A DNA stretch of 41,227 bases from Clostridia bacterium (GCA_900753165.1 CAADYC010000054.1:1-41227), one strand, 5' to 3'. Shown: positions 16,898 to 26,560, counted from the first letter of the stretch. Notes: generated from the letters alone by a model not told the origin. Made by a program: numbers and translations.

Positions 16898-17619
16898 AAA
16901 AACTGTTAATAAGTCTTATAATAATTTTATCTCTTGTATTAACTGGAACAACGATAGTTAAAGGATTACAAATAGGAAAGATTAATGTTTTAGGAATATT
17001 AGGAATAAAAGAAGAAAATGAAAAATTAGATGAAAAAGTAAAAGAAGCAACAAAGTTGGCAAGTACTGATTATCAAAAAAATATGGATGATTTAAATTCA
17101 GCTATAAAAAAATTAGAAACAGAAAAAAGTAGTTATGAAGATTTAGTAAATGTAAGTACAGACTCTGAAGTTGAAAGTGCAAATCAAAATTACAATTATA
17201 TGATTGATTTCCTTTTAATAAGAGTAGAAAACCATGCAAAAAGTGTAGGAGTAACAATGAAAATGGATGTTACTAGAAGCTCATCTGGAGCAGAAAATGT
17301 ATATAATTTGAATTTTACAGCAACAGGAAGCTATGTAGGAATTGAGGAATTTATTACTGGAATAGAAGATGATTCAAAATTAGGATTTAAAATAGAGAAT
17401 TTCTCAATGAAATCATCATCAGAAAATGGCGGTGAAGTACAAGCTACATTTGTATGTAAAGATATAACAATTCAAGGTATATCAAATAATAATTCATCTT
17501 CAAGTTCAACAACAGATAGGGCAGATACAACAGATCCAACAAATCCATCGGGAACAGAACAAAATACTACAACAACACAAGTAGATACAACAGATGAAAA
17601 TAATAATATAGTAAAATAA
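16894..17619 (+). CDS. pilO: PilO-like pilus assembly protein with S/T/N-rich tail
   Basis: 241 aa. The start overlaps the pilMN stop (ATGA). N-terminal TM helix, coiled coil and a small alpha/beta domain. The C-terminus carries repeated DTTD. Confidence 0.6.
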   Translation: MKKLLISLIIILSLVLTGTTIVKGLQIGKINVLGILGIKEENEKLDEKVKEATKLASTDYQKNMDDLNSAIKKLETEKSSYEDLVNVSTDSEVESANQNYNYMIDFLLIRVENHAKSVGVTMKMDVTRSSSGAENVYNLNFTATGSYVGIEEFITGIEDDSKLGFKIENFSMKSSSENGGEVQATFVCKDITIQGISNNNSSSSSTTDRADTTDPTNPSGTEQNTTTTQVDTTDENNNIVK

Positions 17620-17639
17620 TAAGAAAGGAGTTGTAAAGA

Positions 17640-18080
17640 ATGAAAGCTAAGAACATTATAAAGGAAATTATAATATTTTTATTATTAGTATTAGCAATTA
17701 TATTAATTTTAGGAGTTTTACTTTATGAATATGTACCAACAAATAAGATGATTCCTGAAAAAGTTTCTTATACTACTCCTGAAAGTGTAAAATCAGAATT
17801 GCAGACAGATGAAAGCGTTGATAATACTGAAGTAGTAGTTACTTATCAGATAGATTCAACAGATTTGAGTAATTATAAAAAAATAAATGAATATGTTCCA
17901 GGAAAGAAAAATCCATTTGAATCGATAAAACAAGATAATACAATAACAGATGAAAATACAACATCATCAAATGAAACAACATCAGGTTCTATTGAAAATA
18001 GTAATACAAAAGGAAATGATGCTACAAATCAACAAAATGGCGCAAGTAATGCATATCTTCCTGATAAAGGAACAAAATAA
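17640..18080 (+). CDS. Bitopic membrane protein of unknown function within the pilus cluster
   Basis: 146 aa. RBS AAAGGAG. One N-terminal TM helix and a T/S/N-rich extracytoplasmic tail. It has no pilin cleavage motif. Confidence 0.55.
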   Translation: MKAKNIIKEIIIFLLLVLAIILILGVLLYEYVPTNKMIPEKVSYTTPESVKSELQTDESVDNTEVVVTYQIDSTDLSNYKKINEYVPGKKNPFESIKQDNTITDENTTSSNETTSGSIENSNTKGNDATNQQNGASNAYLPDKGTK

Positions 18081-18161
18081 AATTAGTTATTAACATTATA
18101 TTTATTTTTATAAATATAGTATATATATATTATATCAAAAGAAAAAGGAGGGAAACAAACG

Positions 18162-18380
18162 ATGAAACAACAAAAAGGTATTACTTTAGTAGCATTAGTT
18201 ATAACAATAATCATACTTTTAATTTTAGCTGGTATATCAATAGCTTCATTACAAGGTAGTGGATTATTCACAAAAACAAAAGAAGCTAAAAATGCTTCAG
18301 AAAATGCTCAAGTTTTAGAAAATACTAGAATGACAGTTTATGAAAACGAAATGGACAACTATATATCAGAAACAAAATAA
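18162..18380 (+). CDS. pilA: Short type IV pilin-like protein (probable major pilin), 72-aa precursor
   Basis: Strong RBS AAAGGAGGG. The leader MKQQKG is followed by ITLVALVITIIILLILAGISIA, a class III signal-type hydrophobic helix. It has its own strong terminator. Residue +5 is Ala, not Glu. Confidence 0.7.
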   Translation: MKQQKGITLVALVITIIILLILAGISIASLQGSGLFTKTKEAKNASENAQVLENTRMTVYENEMDNYISETK

Positions 18381-18440
18381 CAGAAACAAAACTTAAAACA
18401 ACACCAACAGACCAACATTAGTATTTAATAATTAAGCAAA

Positions 18441-18474
18441 AAGGCATATGCATACAAATATGTATATGCCTTTT
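18441..18474 (+). terminator. Intrinsic terminator after the pilin gene
   Basis: Stem of 11 bp, GGCATATGCAT(18443-18453)/ATGTATATGCC(18460-18470), with one G-U pair, then TTTT. Confidence 0.75.
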
Positions 18475-18500
18475 ATAAAAATTAAAGTAAGGGAAAAAAC

Positions 18501-19307
18501 ATGGAAATATTTTTTTATATTATAATATTTATGATTGGAATAACATTTGGAAGTTTTTATACTTTAGCAGTATATAGAATACCAAAAGGACAAGATATAA
18601 CTCATACACATTCATATTGCCCAAATTGTAACCACAAATTAAATTTATTTGACTTAATACCAGTATTTAGTTATATATTTTTAGGGGGAAAATGCAGATA
18701 TTGTAAACAAAAAATAAGACCAAGATATCTGATTTTAGAAACAATATCAGGGTTGGCTTTTGTAGGATTTGCATATTTAATGGGATTAAGTGTTTATAAT
18801 TTAGATGTAATAAAAATAACTGAATATGTATTTTTTGCTTTATATTTTACATTTATTATTCTTATCGCGGGAATTGATAAAGAATATAGAACAATAAATA
18901 AACCAGTATTAATGTATGGAGTAATAATTTCAATTATGTATATATTATATCTATACATAATAGAAAAAAATAGTATATATAGATATGGTATATATTTATT
19001 AGTCTTTGCTATACTTTTAATTTTAGATACAATAAAACTAAGAAAGAAAGCGCAAGAGAGTTATACATACTCAATATTAATGGTTGTTATGATAATGGCT
19101 ATATTTACAGGAGAATATGTAACAATAAATGCAATAATATCAACATTACTTTTAATAGCTATAACATTATTAATAAAAAAATTAAAACAACCAAAAAATA
19201 CAAAAACAACGCAACAATATAGTAATACAATTAAAATAGGATTATATTTAGCAATATCAAATATTATTTATTTGGTTATGGTTTTAGCATATTGCAAATT
19301 TATTTAG
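18501..19307 (+). CDS. pilD: Prepilin peptidase (A24 family, PilD-like)
   Basis: 268 aa polytopic protein. N-terminal CPNC...CRYC zinc motif. First Asp motif AGIDKEY. The second Asp lies in LILDTIKL rather than the canonical GxGDxKL. Confidence 0.8.
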   Translation: MEIFFYIIIFMIGITFGSFYTLAVYRIPKGQDITHTHSYCPNCNHKLNLFDLIPVFSYIFLGGKCRYCKQKIRPRYLILETISGLAFVGFAYLMGLSVYNLDVIKITEYVFFALYFTFIILIAGIDKEYRTINKPVLMYGVIISIMYILYLYIIEKNSIYRYGIYLLVFAILLILDTIKLRKKAQESYTYSILMVVMIMAIFTGEYVTINAIISTLLLIAITLLIKKLKQPKNTKTTQQYSNTIKIGLYLAISNIIYLVMVLAYCKFI

Positions 19308-19318
19308 AGAGGAAAGAA

Positions 19319-19765
19319 ATGTTAGTAAAAGATGAAAAAGGATTAACAGGTGTAGATATAACAATATCAATTATAGTTATGACAATATTTATGGCTATGA
19401 TAGCTAATTTAATAGTAAATATAAAATTAAATACCCAAGACATAAAAAGAAAATCAACTGCAACATCTTATGCTGTTCAAGAAATTGAAAAAATAAAAGC
19501 ACAGGGTTATATAAATGATTATGATTCAATGGGAATAAATTCTGAAGAAACATTAAAGGACGAAGATATTTATAATAATTCGGAGTTTTCAGGGTATCAC
19601 AAAAAAGTTACAATAAAAGATTATGTATTAGTTATAAATAATAATACTAAAACTAAAGATATTGTAAAAGAAATAACTGTAGAGATTTCTTATAAATTAG
19701 GAAGCAAAGATAAAAAAATTGTTATTTCAACATATGTTTCAAAGGAGAACGATGATGAAAAATAA
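19319..19765 (+). CDS. Minor pilin / GspI-like pseudopilin
   Basis: I moved the start to ATG 19319 (RBS GAGAGGA). The leader MLVKDEKG is followed by LTGVDITISIIVMTIF. The C-terminal beta-rich segment ITVEISY resembles GspI/PilV types. Confidence 0.55.
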   Translation: MLVKDEKGLTGVDITISIIVMTIFMAMIANLIVNIKLNTQDIKRKSTATSYAVQEIEKIKAQGYINDYDSMGINSEETLKDEDIYNNSEFSGYHKKVTIKDYVLVINNNTKTKDIVKEITVEISYKLGSKDKKIVISTYVSKENDDEK

Positions 19766-20202
19766 TAGAGGTATAACACTAACATCTTTAATTATTTATG
19801 TAATAGGAATGATAATTGTAATTGCAACAATGACAACATTGATATCATATTTTTCTAAAAATGTAAAAATGGAAACTATAAGTGATAGTACAACTGAATA
19901 TATTAAGTTTTCTAGTATATTTACAGAGGAAATAAATAAAAAAGGAAATACAATTATAGATTGTAAGACAGAAGGAGAAGGACAAAATAAAGTAAGTTAT
20001 ATTATTTTTTCGACACGGTAATCAATATACATACATGGGAGAAAATAATTCTATATATAAAAATAAAATTAAAATCTTAAAAGATATAGAAGATTGTGAC
20101 TTTTCATATAAGACTACAGGGACAAAATATTCTATTACTGTAAATTTCAAAATAAATAATATGGATTTAACTGGAGAAAATGCAATTACTTATAATTTAT
20201 AA
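19752..20202 (+). pseudogene. Minor pilin-like protein interrupted by an apparent frameshift in a T6 run (20005-20010)
   Basis: RBS AAGGAGAA. The leader MMKNNRG is followed by ITLTSLIIYVIGMIIV. The frame stops at 20019-20021. The +1 frame stays open to the TAA at 20200-20202 (HGNQYTYMGENNSIYKNKIKIL...ITYNL). Removing one T gives a continuous 149-aa protein. Confidence 0.65.
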
Positions 20203-20222
20203 AGAGAAAGGGTGAATTTGAT

Positions 20223-21866
20223 ATGGAAATGAGAAGAAGAATGCCAATTGGTGTGGAATTAGTTAAAAGAGGAGTTGTAACAGAAGCAGATATAGAAAAT
20301 GCTTTAGAATATCAAAGAGATTATCCCAGTATGAAGCTTGGAGATATATTACATGTTTTAAATGTATGTGATTCAGAAGTATTAATTACAAATATAGGTG
20401 AAATATTAGGGGAAAAAGGGATTTTACTAAAATCAAATGTATTAAAAGTAAAACCTACTGATTATCTTTCTTTGGATATGTGTAAAAAATACAAATGTTT
20501 ACCATTTGAAGTTAATGGAAGTAAAATAAAAGTATGTTTCACAGATAAAATTTCAAATGCAAAGACAGATCCTGTAAAGATGTTGCTATTAAACAAGGGA
20601 CTTATAATGGAAAGTTATATAACATTTGAAAAAGATATAGAAAAGGCTATAACTGCATTAGAAGGTGAAAATTCTACAACAGATATATCTGCTACAACAT
20701 CATCATCAGCAACAATAATTGAATTAATAGATAGTATAATTAGAACAGGGATGGAAAAAAGAGCGAGTGATATTCATATAGAGCCATTAGCAAATGAAGT
20801 AAGAGTAAGATATAGAATAGATGGTGAATTATTTACAGCAGCTAAAATTTCAAAAGAAAAGCAACAACAAGTAATATTAAGATTAAAAGCAATATCAAAT
20901 ATGCATCAAGAAAAACAAGAAGCTCAAGATGGAAGAATTACATTATATGATGATTATAATATTCGTGTTTCTTCACAACCAAATATAAATGGAGAAAAAT
21001 TTGTTTTAAGATTGTTGAAAAAAAATGAAGATATTAGAAATATATTTGAATTAGGATATCCAGGATCTGATGCTGAATTTAAGAAAAGTTTTAATAAAAA
21101 GAACAGTATGACAATTATAGCAGCACCTACTGGAGCAGGAAAAACAACAACATTATATAGTATAGTAGATTATTTAAATTCTCCTGAAATTAATATAACA
21201 ACAATAGAAGACCCAGTTGAAATAAGAATAGATGGATTAAATCAAATAGAAATAGGAAATAAGGCTACTTTTTCTGGTGCTTTAAGAACTGTTTTAAGAC
21301 AGGATCCAGACATAATTTTACTTGGAGAAATTCGTGATAGAGAAACAGCAGAAATAGCTGTACAAGCTGGACAAACTGGACATTATGTATTATCAACTAT
21401 TCACACAATAGATAGTATAGAAGTAATAAACAGATTAAGAAAAATGGGATTATCAGATTATGATATAGCAAGTACTCTTGCTACAAGTGTATCACAAAGA
21501 TTAGTAAGAAAAATTTGTCCAGACTGTAAGAAAGAAAGAGATTTTACAAAAGAAGAAAAAGAAATAATGACTAAAATAGTTGAAAAATATGGAGAAACAA
21601 TTGATTTTACAAATAAAAAAACATATGATGTAGTTGGATGTAAAAAATGCAATAATATTGGATATTATGGAAGAATAGGAGTCTTTGAAACTTTAGATAT
21701 AACTGATGATATAAAAGAACTTATTGTAAAAGGAGCATCTACTATAGAAATAAGAAATAAAGCATTAGAACAAAACTATAGGCCATTAGTTATGGATGGA
21801 ATTAGAAAAGTATTAAATGGATATACAACATTAGATGAATTGAACAGACAATTAGTGTTATATTAA
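20223..21866 (+). CDS. pilB: Type IV pilus assembly ATPase PilB (GspE family)
   Basis: 547 aa. N-terminal GspE-N/MshEN-like domain. Walker A AAPTGAGKTTT. Tetracysteine CPDC...CKKC motif. Confidence 0.9.
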   Translation: MEMRRRMPIGVELVKRGVVTEADIENALEYQRDYPSMKLGDILHVLNVCDSEVLITNIGEILGEKGILLKSNVLKVKPTDYLSLDMCKKYKCLPFEVNGSKIKVCFTDKISNAKTDPVKMLLLNKGLIMESYITFEKDIEKAITALEGENSTTDISATTSSSATIIELIDSIIRTGMEKRASDIHIEPLANEVRVRYRIDGELFTAAKISKEKQQQVILRLKAISNMHQEKQEAQDGRITLYDDYNIRVSSQPNINGEKFVLRLLKKNEDIRNIFELGYPGSDAEFKKSFNKKNSMTIIAAPTGAGKTTTLYSIVDYLNSPEINITTIEDPVEIRIDGLNQIEIGNKATFSGALRTVLRQDPDIILLGEIRDRETAEIAVQAGQTGHYVLSTIHTIDSIEVINRLRKMGLSDYDIASTLATSVSQRLVRKICPDCKKERDFTKEEKEIMTKIVEKYGETIDFTNKKTYDVVGCKKCNNIGYYGRIGVFETLDITDDIKELIVKGASTIEIRNKALEQNYRPLVMDGIRKVLNGYTTLDELNRQLVLY

Positions 21867-21889
21867 ACAAAAGAAAGGGGAATAATGCC

Positions 21890-22996
21890 ATGATAAATAT
21901 GGATAAAATATTAGATACAGCTATAGAAAGAGATGCATCAGATGTGCATTTAATAGCAGGAAATAAACCAATACTTAGAATATCAAGAGAATTGGTTTCA
22001 ATAGAAGAAATGAATGTATTAACACCAGAAGATATGAATCAAATGTATGATTATTTAGTTAGAGGAAATGTTGATAAAGATGAAGTATTTAATACAACAA
22101 GAAAACTAGATACATCATATGAACATAATGGTATTCGTTTAAGGGTCAATATATCATTATCAGATGATATACCATTATGTACATTAAGACTTATAAAAAA
22201 TACATTACCACCATATGAATCATTAGGGTTACCAGATATTATAAGAAGAATGACATATCAACCACAAGGATTAATATTAGTAACTGGAAAAACAAACTCT
22301 GGTAAAAGTACAACTCTAAATGCATTAATAAATGAAATAAATGAAACTCAAAATAAAAAAATATTAACACTTGAAAACCCAGTAGAATTTAAACATCATT
22401 CTAAAAAATCTTTAATAGTTCAAAAAGAAATTGGAAAAGGTAGAGATTCTTTAACATTTAGTGATGGTGTTAAAAACTCTTTAAGAGAAGACTGTGATAT
22501 CCTAGTAATAGGAGAAATTAGAGACAAAGTAACAATGGAAGCAGCAATAGAAATGGCAGAATCTGGACATCTAGTTGTAGGAACATTACATACAAAATCA
22601 TGTGCAGAAACAATAGACAGAATGATAAACTTCTATGAAGTTAGAGATCAAGCAAGTATAAAATATTTATTATCATCTTTATTAAAACTTGTTGTTTCAC
22701 AAAGATTATTAAAAGGAAGAGATGGAAAATTAGTATTAGTACCAGAAGTAATGGTTGTAGATAATATTGTTTCAGGAATTATAAGAAAAGATAAAATAAG
22801 TGTATCAGAAATAGAAGATGCAATACAAAGTTCAGACAAAGGAAGTATAGGATTAATAAATTCAATAGCATCATTATTTGTAGATGATAAAATAACATTA
22901 GAACAAGCTAAAGCACAAATAGAAGAAAAAAATATAGAAGTTTTAAACAGAACGATAATGCAAATGAAAATTAGAAGAGATAGTAATAGACAATAA
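21890..22996 (+). CDS. pilT: Twitching-motility retraction ATPase PilT
   Basis: 368 aa. No GspE N-domain. ASDVHL motif, Walker A GKTNSGKSTT, GEIRD, GHLVVGTLHT. Confidence 0.85.
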   Translation: MINMDKILDTAIERDASDVHLIAGNKPILRISRELVSIEEMNVLTPEDMNQMYDYLVRGNVDKDEVFNTTRKLDTSYEHNGIRLRVNISLSDDIPLCTLRLIKNTLPPYESLGLPDIIRRMTYQPQGLILVTGKTNSGKSTTLNALINEINETQNKKILTLENPVEFKHHSKKSLIVQKEIGKGRDSLTFSDGVKNSLREDCDILVIGEIRDKVTMEAAIEMAESGHLVVGTLHTKSCAETIDRMINFYEVRDQASIKYLLSSLLKLVVSQRLLKGRDGKLVLVPEVMVVDNIVSGIIRKDKISVSEIEDAIQSSDKGSIGLINSIASLFVDDKITLEQAKAQIEEKNIEVLNRTIMQMKIRRDSNRQ

Positions 22997-23016
22997 TATT
23001 AGCAGGAGGTGAGTAA

Positions 23017-24357
23017 ATGCCTACATATGTGTATAAAGCAGCAACAAGTTCAGGAATAATAGTAAGAAATAGAGTAGAAGCATCAAGTAAACAAAATTTA
23101 TTAAGAGCATTAAAAAACAATGAATTGATGCCAATTACAATAGAACAGGTTGCTTATTCAGCAAAAAGAAAGAAAACTAAAAAAAGAAATATTAAAGATA
23201 TAGAAGAAATAATGAAAAATGTAAATACAACACAAGTAAATACTAAAAAAACATCAACAGTTAAAGAAAAAATAAATATGTATTTATCAAAAACAGAAAA
23301 AGTTACAAGTAGAGATTTAGTTGTATTTACACAGAATTTCTATTTATTAAAAAAAGCAAACTTTAATAATATACATGCTTTGAAAACAATAATAGATAGT
23401 ACAGAAAATGTAACATTTAAGGGAGTTTTAGAAGATATATTAGCAGGTGTTGAAGCCGGAGAAAATATGTATACAACAATGGAATATTATTCAGATATTT
23501 TCCCATACATATATATAAATATGGTAAAAGTTGGAGAATTATCAGGTTCATTAACAAATTCATTGGAACAAGCAGTAACATATTTAGACTCTACCGAAAA
23601 ACTGAATAAAAAAATAAGAGGTATATTAATACCAAACTTATTTCAATTTTTCTTTTTATTAGTAATGCTTATAGTTGGAACAATAGTTGCAATACCAGCA
23701 ATACAAAATGTATATGAAGAAATGGGTTCATCAGATACATTGCCTGGAATAACTCTTTGGTTCCAAGGTGTAGTAAATGGACTGATTAAGCATTGGTATT
23801 TACCTGTTGCAATAATAGCTGTTATTGTTGCAGGAGTCGTATTTTATATAAATACTCCTAAAGGAAAATATAATTTTGATTATTTTAAATATAAAATGCC
23901 AATATTTGGACAATTAATATTTTCATTGGATTTCTCAAGATTAATGAAAGCAATGTTATTAAATTTGGAAAATGGAATGAGAATACAAGATTCAATAGAA
24001 GTAAGTAAAAATGTCGTACAAAATTATGTTATGCTTTCAATTATAGAAACATCACTAAATAATATAATTATAGGTGAATCATGGATTGAACCATTTGAAA
24101 AATCAGGTTTGCCTAAATCAATGATAACAGAAATGCTTAAAATTGGTATGCAAACAGACTTGACTGAAATGATGAAAAAACTGGTTGAATATATGGAAAT
24201 AGATATTGATAATATTATGCAAAAGATTATTAAGGTATTACCAGAAGTTACATATTCAATTGTTGGTGTAGTATTGATTTTCTTCGTATTAGTAGTACTT
24301 GCACCATGTATCCAAACTTATATGGGAGGATTCCTATTCTCAGCAGCTGGAGTATAA
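23017..24357 (+). CDS. pilC: Type IV pilus platform protein PilC (GspF family)
   Basis: 446 aa. RBS AGGAGGTGA. Two GspF-type repeats with TM segments and a K-rich insertion near the N-terminus. Confidence 0.85.
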   Translation: MPTYVYKAATSSGIIVRNRVEASSKQNLLRALKNNELMPITIEQVAYSAKRKKTKKRNIKDIEEIMKNVNTTQVNTKKTSTVKEKINMYLSKTEKVTSRDLVVFTQNFYLLKKANFNNIHALKTIIDSTENVTFKGVLEDILAGVEAGENMYTTMEYYSDIFPYIYINMVKVGELSGSLTNSLEQAVTYLDSTEKLNKKIRGILIPNLFQFFFLLVMLIVGTIVAIPAIQNVYEEMGSSDTLPGITLWFQGVVNGLIKHWYLPVAIIAVIVAGVVFYINTPKGKYNFDYFKYKMPIFGQLIFSLDFSRLMKAMLLNLENGMRIQDSIEVSKNVVQNYVMLSIIETSLNNIIIGESWIEPFEKSGLPKSMITEMLKIGMQTDLTEMMKKLVEYMEIDIDNIMQKIIKVLPEVTYSIVGVVLIFFVLVVLAPCIQTYMGGFLFSAAGV

Positions 24358-24500
24358 AAGACTCTTTTGGAACATTAAAAATATAAATGATAATAAGTGT
24401 TACAATTTAGTAAATATAATGCCTGAAATACCTGTGGATGATATTTTCAGACATTATCCTTATTGAATTGTAACTAATAAGTGAAGGATTGATAAAAAAT

Positions 24501-25391
24501 ATGAAAATAGGAATTGATTTAGGCGGAAGTCATATAGCAATAGGAGTTGTTGATGACAAAGATTATATAGTAGAAAAAGTCGAAAAAAGATTATTATCAA
24601 AAGATAAAAAAGATATAAAAACATCAATAGAAAACTATATAATAGAAAATGTAAAAGATTTAACAGAAAAATATAAAATAAAAGAAATTGGAATTGCTGT
24701 ACCAGGTACAATAAAAGGTACAGCAATAATAAAATCTGTAAATTTAGGAGTTAAAAATTATAATTTAATAGATAATTTGAGAAAACAAATTAATATACCT
24801 ATAAAGATTAGAAATGATGCAAAATGTGCAGCAATTGCAGAAAATAAAATAGGAGCTTTAAAAGATTATAATAGAAGCATTTTTTTGACGTTAGGAACTG
24901 GAATAGGTGGAGCTGTTATTATAAATAATGAATTATTGAACACAGGCGAATTATCTGGATGTGAATTTGGACATATGATAGTTCAAAAAGATGGAATAAA
25001 ATGTAATTGTGGGAAAAATGGGTGTTTTGAAAAATATGCTTCAATGAAAGCTTTGAAAAATAACTTAAGAAGTGCATTAGGTGTTGATGAAAAAACAAGA
25101 GGACAAGAACTTTTGGATTATTTGAGAAAAAATCCGGATAATGAACAAATAAATAATATTATTGATGAATATATTGAATATTTAAGTATAGGCGTTTCAA
25201 ATTTAATAAATATATTTGAACCTGAGGCTGTAAGTATTGGAGGAAGTTTTGTATATTTTGCAGATGTTCTTTTAGAAAGATTAAAAAATAATATTCAAAA
25301 GAAAAATTATTTATTTAATGGTAGAAAAGAATTAATCATAATACCAGCAGCGTTGGGAAATGATGCTGGTATTATAGGGGCTTGTGAATAG
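24501..25391 (+). CDS. glcK: ROK family glucokinase
   Basis: I chose ATG 24501. N-terminal IGIDLGGSHIAIGVV. ROK zinc motif GHMIV...CNCGKNGCFE. C-terminal NDAGIIGA. Confidence 0.8.
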   Translation: MKIGIDLGGSHIAIGVVDDKDYIVEKVEKRLLSKDKKDIKTSIENYIIENVKDLTEKYKIKEIGIAVPGTIKGTAIIKSVNLGVKNYNLIDNLRKQINIPIKIRNDAKCAAIAENKIGALKDYNRSIFLTLGTGIGGAVIINNELLNTGELSGCEFGHMIVQKDGIKCNCGKNGCFEKYASMKALKNNLRSALGVDEKTRGQELLDYLRKNPDNEQINNIIDEYIEYLSIGVSNLINIFEPEAVSIGGSFVYFADVLLERLKNNIQKKNYLFNGRKELIIIPAALGNDAGIIGACE

Positions 25392-25492
25392 AGAGTTTTT
25401 GATAGTCCCAATGAATCATTTCAAAATAAATAAATTATTAATTTTCATATATATTATTAAAAATTATAACTGAATGAAGGGAAAGATAGTGT

Positions 25493-26419
25493 ATGAACGA
25501 GAATTTTAAAAAAGCAACAAGGCAAAGTTATGGAGAGGCTTTATTAGAATTAGGAAAAGAAAATGAGAAAATAGTTGTATTTGATGCAGATTTATCAACT
25601 GCAACAAAGACAAATTTATTTGCAAAGGAATTTCCAAATAGATTTTTTGATATGGGAATTGCTGAGCAAAATATGATATCAACAGCAGCAGGAATGGCAA
25701 CATGTGGAAAGATACCATATGCGAGTACATTTGCAGTTTTTGCAGCGGGAAGAGCATATGACCAAATTAGAAATAGTGTATGTTATCCAAAATTAAATGT
25801 GAAAATTTGTGCAACACATGCAGGTGTTACTGTTGGAGAAGACGGAGCTACACATCAAATGATAGAAGATATATCTTTGATGAGGACTTTACCAAATATG
25901 ACAGTTATTTCAACATCAGATGACATACAAACAAAATGGGCCGTTAAAGAAATAAGCAAAATAAATGGTCCGGTTTATTTAAGATTATCAAGACTTGCAA
26001 CACCTATAATTTATGATGAAAATCAAAAATTTGAGTTAGGAAAAGCCGTTCAATTTGGAGAAGGTACAGATGCAACAATTTTTGCAACTGGTGTTACAGT
26101 TAGTGAGGCTTTAAGAGCACAAGAAATTTTAAAACAAGACGGTATAAGTGTTAGAGTTGTAGATATTCATACAATAAAACCTATTGATAAAGAAATGGTT
26201 GTAAAATGTGCTAAAGAAACTAAAAAACTAATTTCTATAGAAGACCATAACATTATTGGTGGTTTAGGTTCTGCTATTTCTGAAGTTCTGAGTGATGAGT
26301 ATCCTGCAAAATTAGTAAGACTAGGTGTAAATGATACTTTTGGTAAATCTGGAAAAGCTACAGAATTAATGAGTTATTTTGGGATTACTTCAGATAATTT
26401 AGTGAAACAGTTGAAATAG
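25493..26419 (+). CDS. Transketolase, C-terminal subunit (pyrimidine-binding plus C-terminal domains)
   Basis: 308 aa. FFDMGIAEQNM motif and a DGATHQ-type motif. The length matches the C-subunit of split transketolases. No N-subunit gene is adjacent. Confidence 0.85.
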   Translation: MNENFKKATRQSYGEALLELGKENEKIVVFDADLSTATKTNLFAKEFPNRFFDMGIAEQNMISTAAGMATCGKIPYASTFAVFAAGRAYDQIRNSVCYPKLNVKICATHAGVTVGEDGATHQMIEDISLMRTLPNMTVISTSDDIQTKWAVKEISKINGPVYLRLSRLATPIIYDENQKFELGKAVQFGEGTDATIFATGVTVSEALRAQEILKQDGISVRVVDIHTIKPIDKEMVVKCAKETKKLISIEDHNIIGGLGSAISEVLSDEYPAKLVRLGVNDTFGKSGKATELMSYFGITSDNLVKQLK

Positions 26420-26482
26420 GCTTAATTTATATAATTAAATATCAAAAATTGTTATAAAATATGTTAAAAAAATACATTAAAA

Positions 26483-26520
26483 ACACAGGAATATTTGTAA
26501 AAAAATTCCTGTGTTTTTTT
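26483..26520 (+). terminator. Intrinsic terminator after the transketolase subunit gene
   Basis: ACACAGGAAT(26483-26492)/ATTCCTGTGT(26505-26514), followed by a T-run to 26520. Confidence 0.8.
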
Positions 26521-26531
26521 GGTGAAAACTA

Positions 26532-26560
26532 TTGCAAAATTAGTAGATTATTGATATCAT
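26532..26560 (+). promoter_or_regulatory. Possible sigma-A-type promoter of ftsEX
   Basis: TTGCAA (26532-26537), 17 nt, TATCAT (26555-26560). Confidence 0.35.

Noticed and set aside
24423-24450. Hairpin CTGAAATA...TATTTTCAG as the pilC terminator
   Set aside because: The stem needs a bulge, it is A/T-only, and no U-tract follows. The evidence is too weak to annotate.
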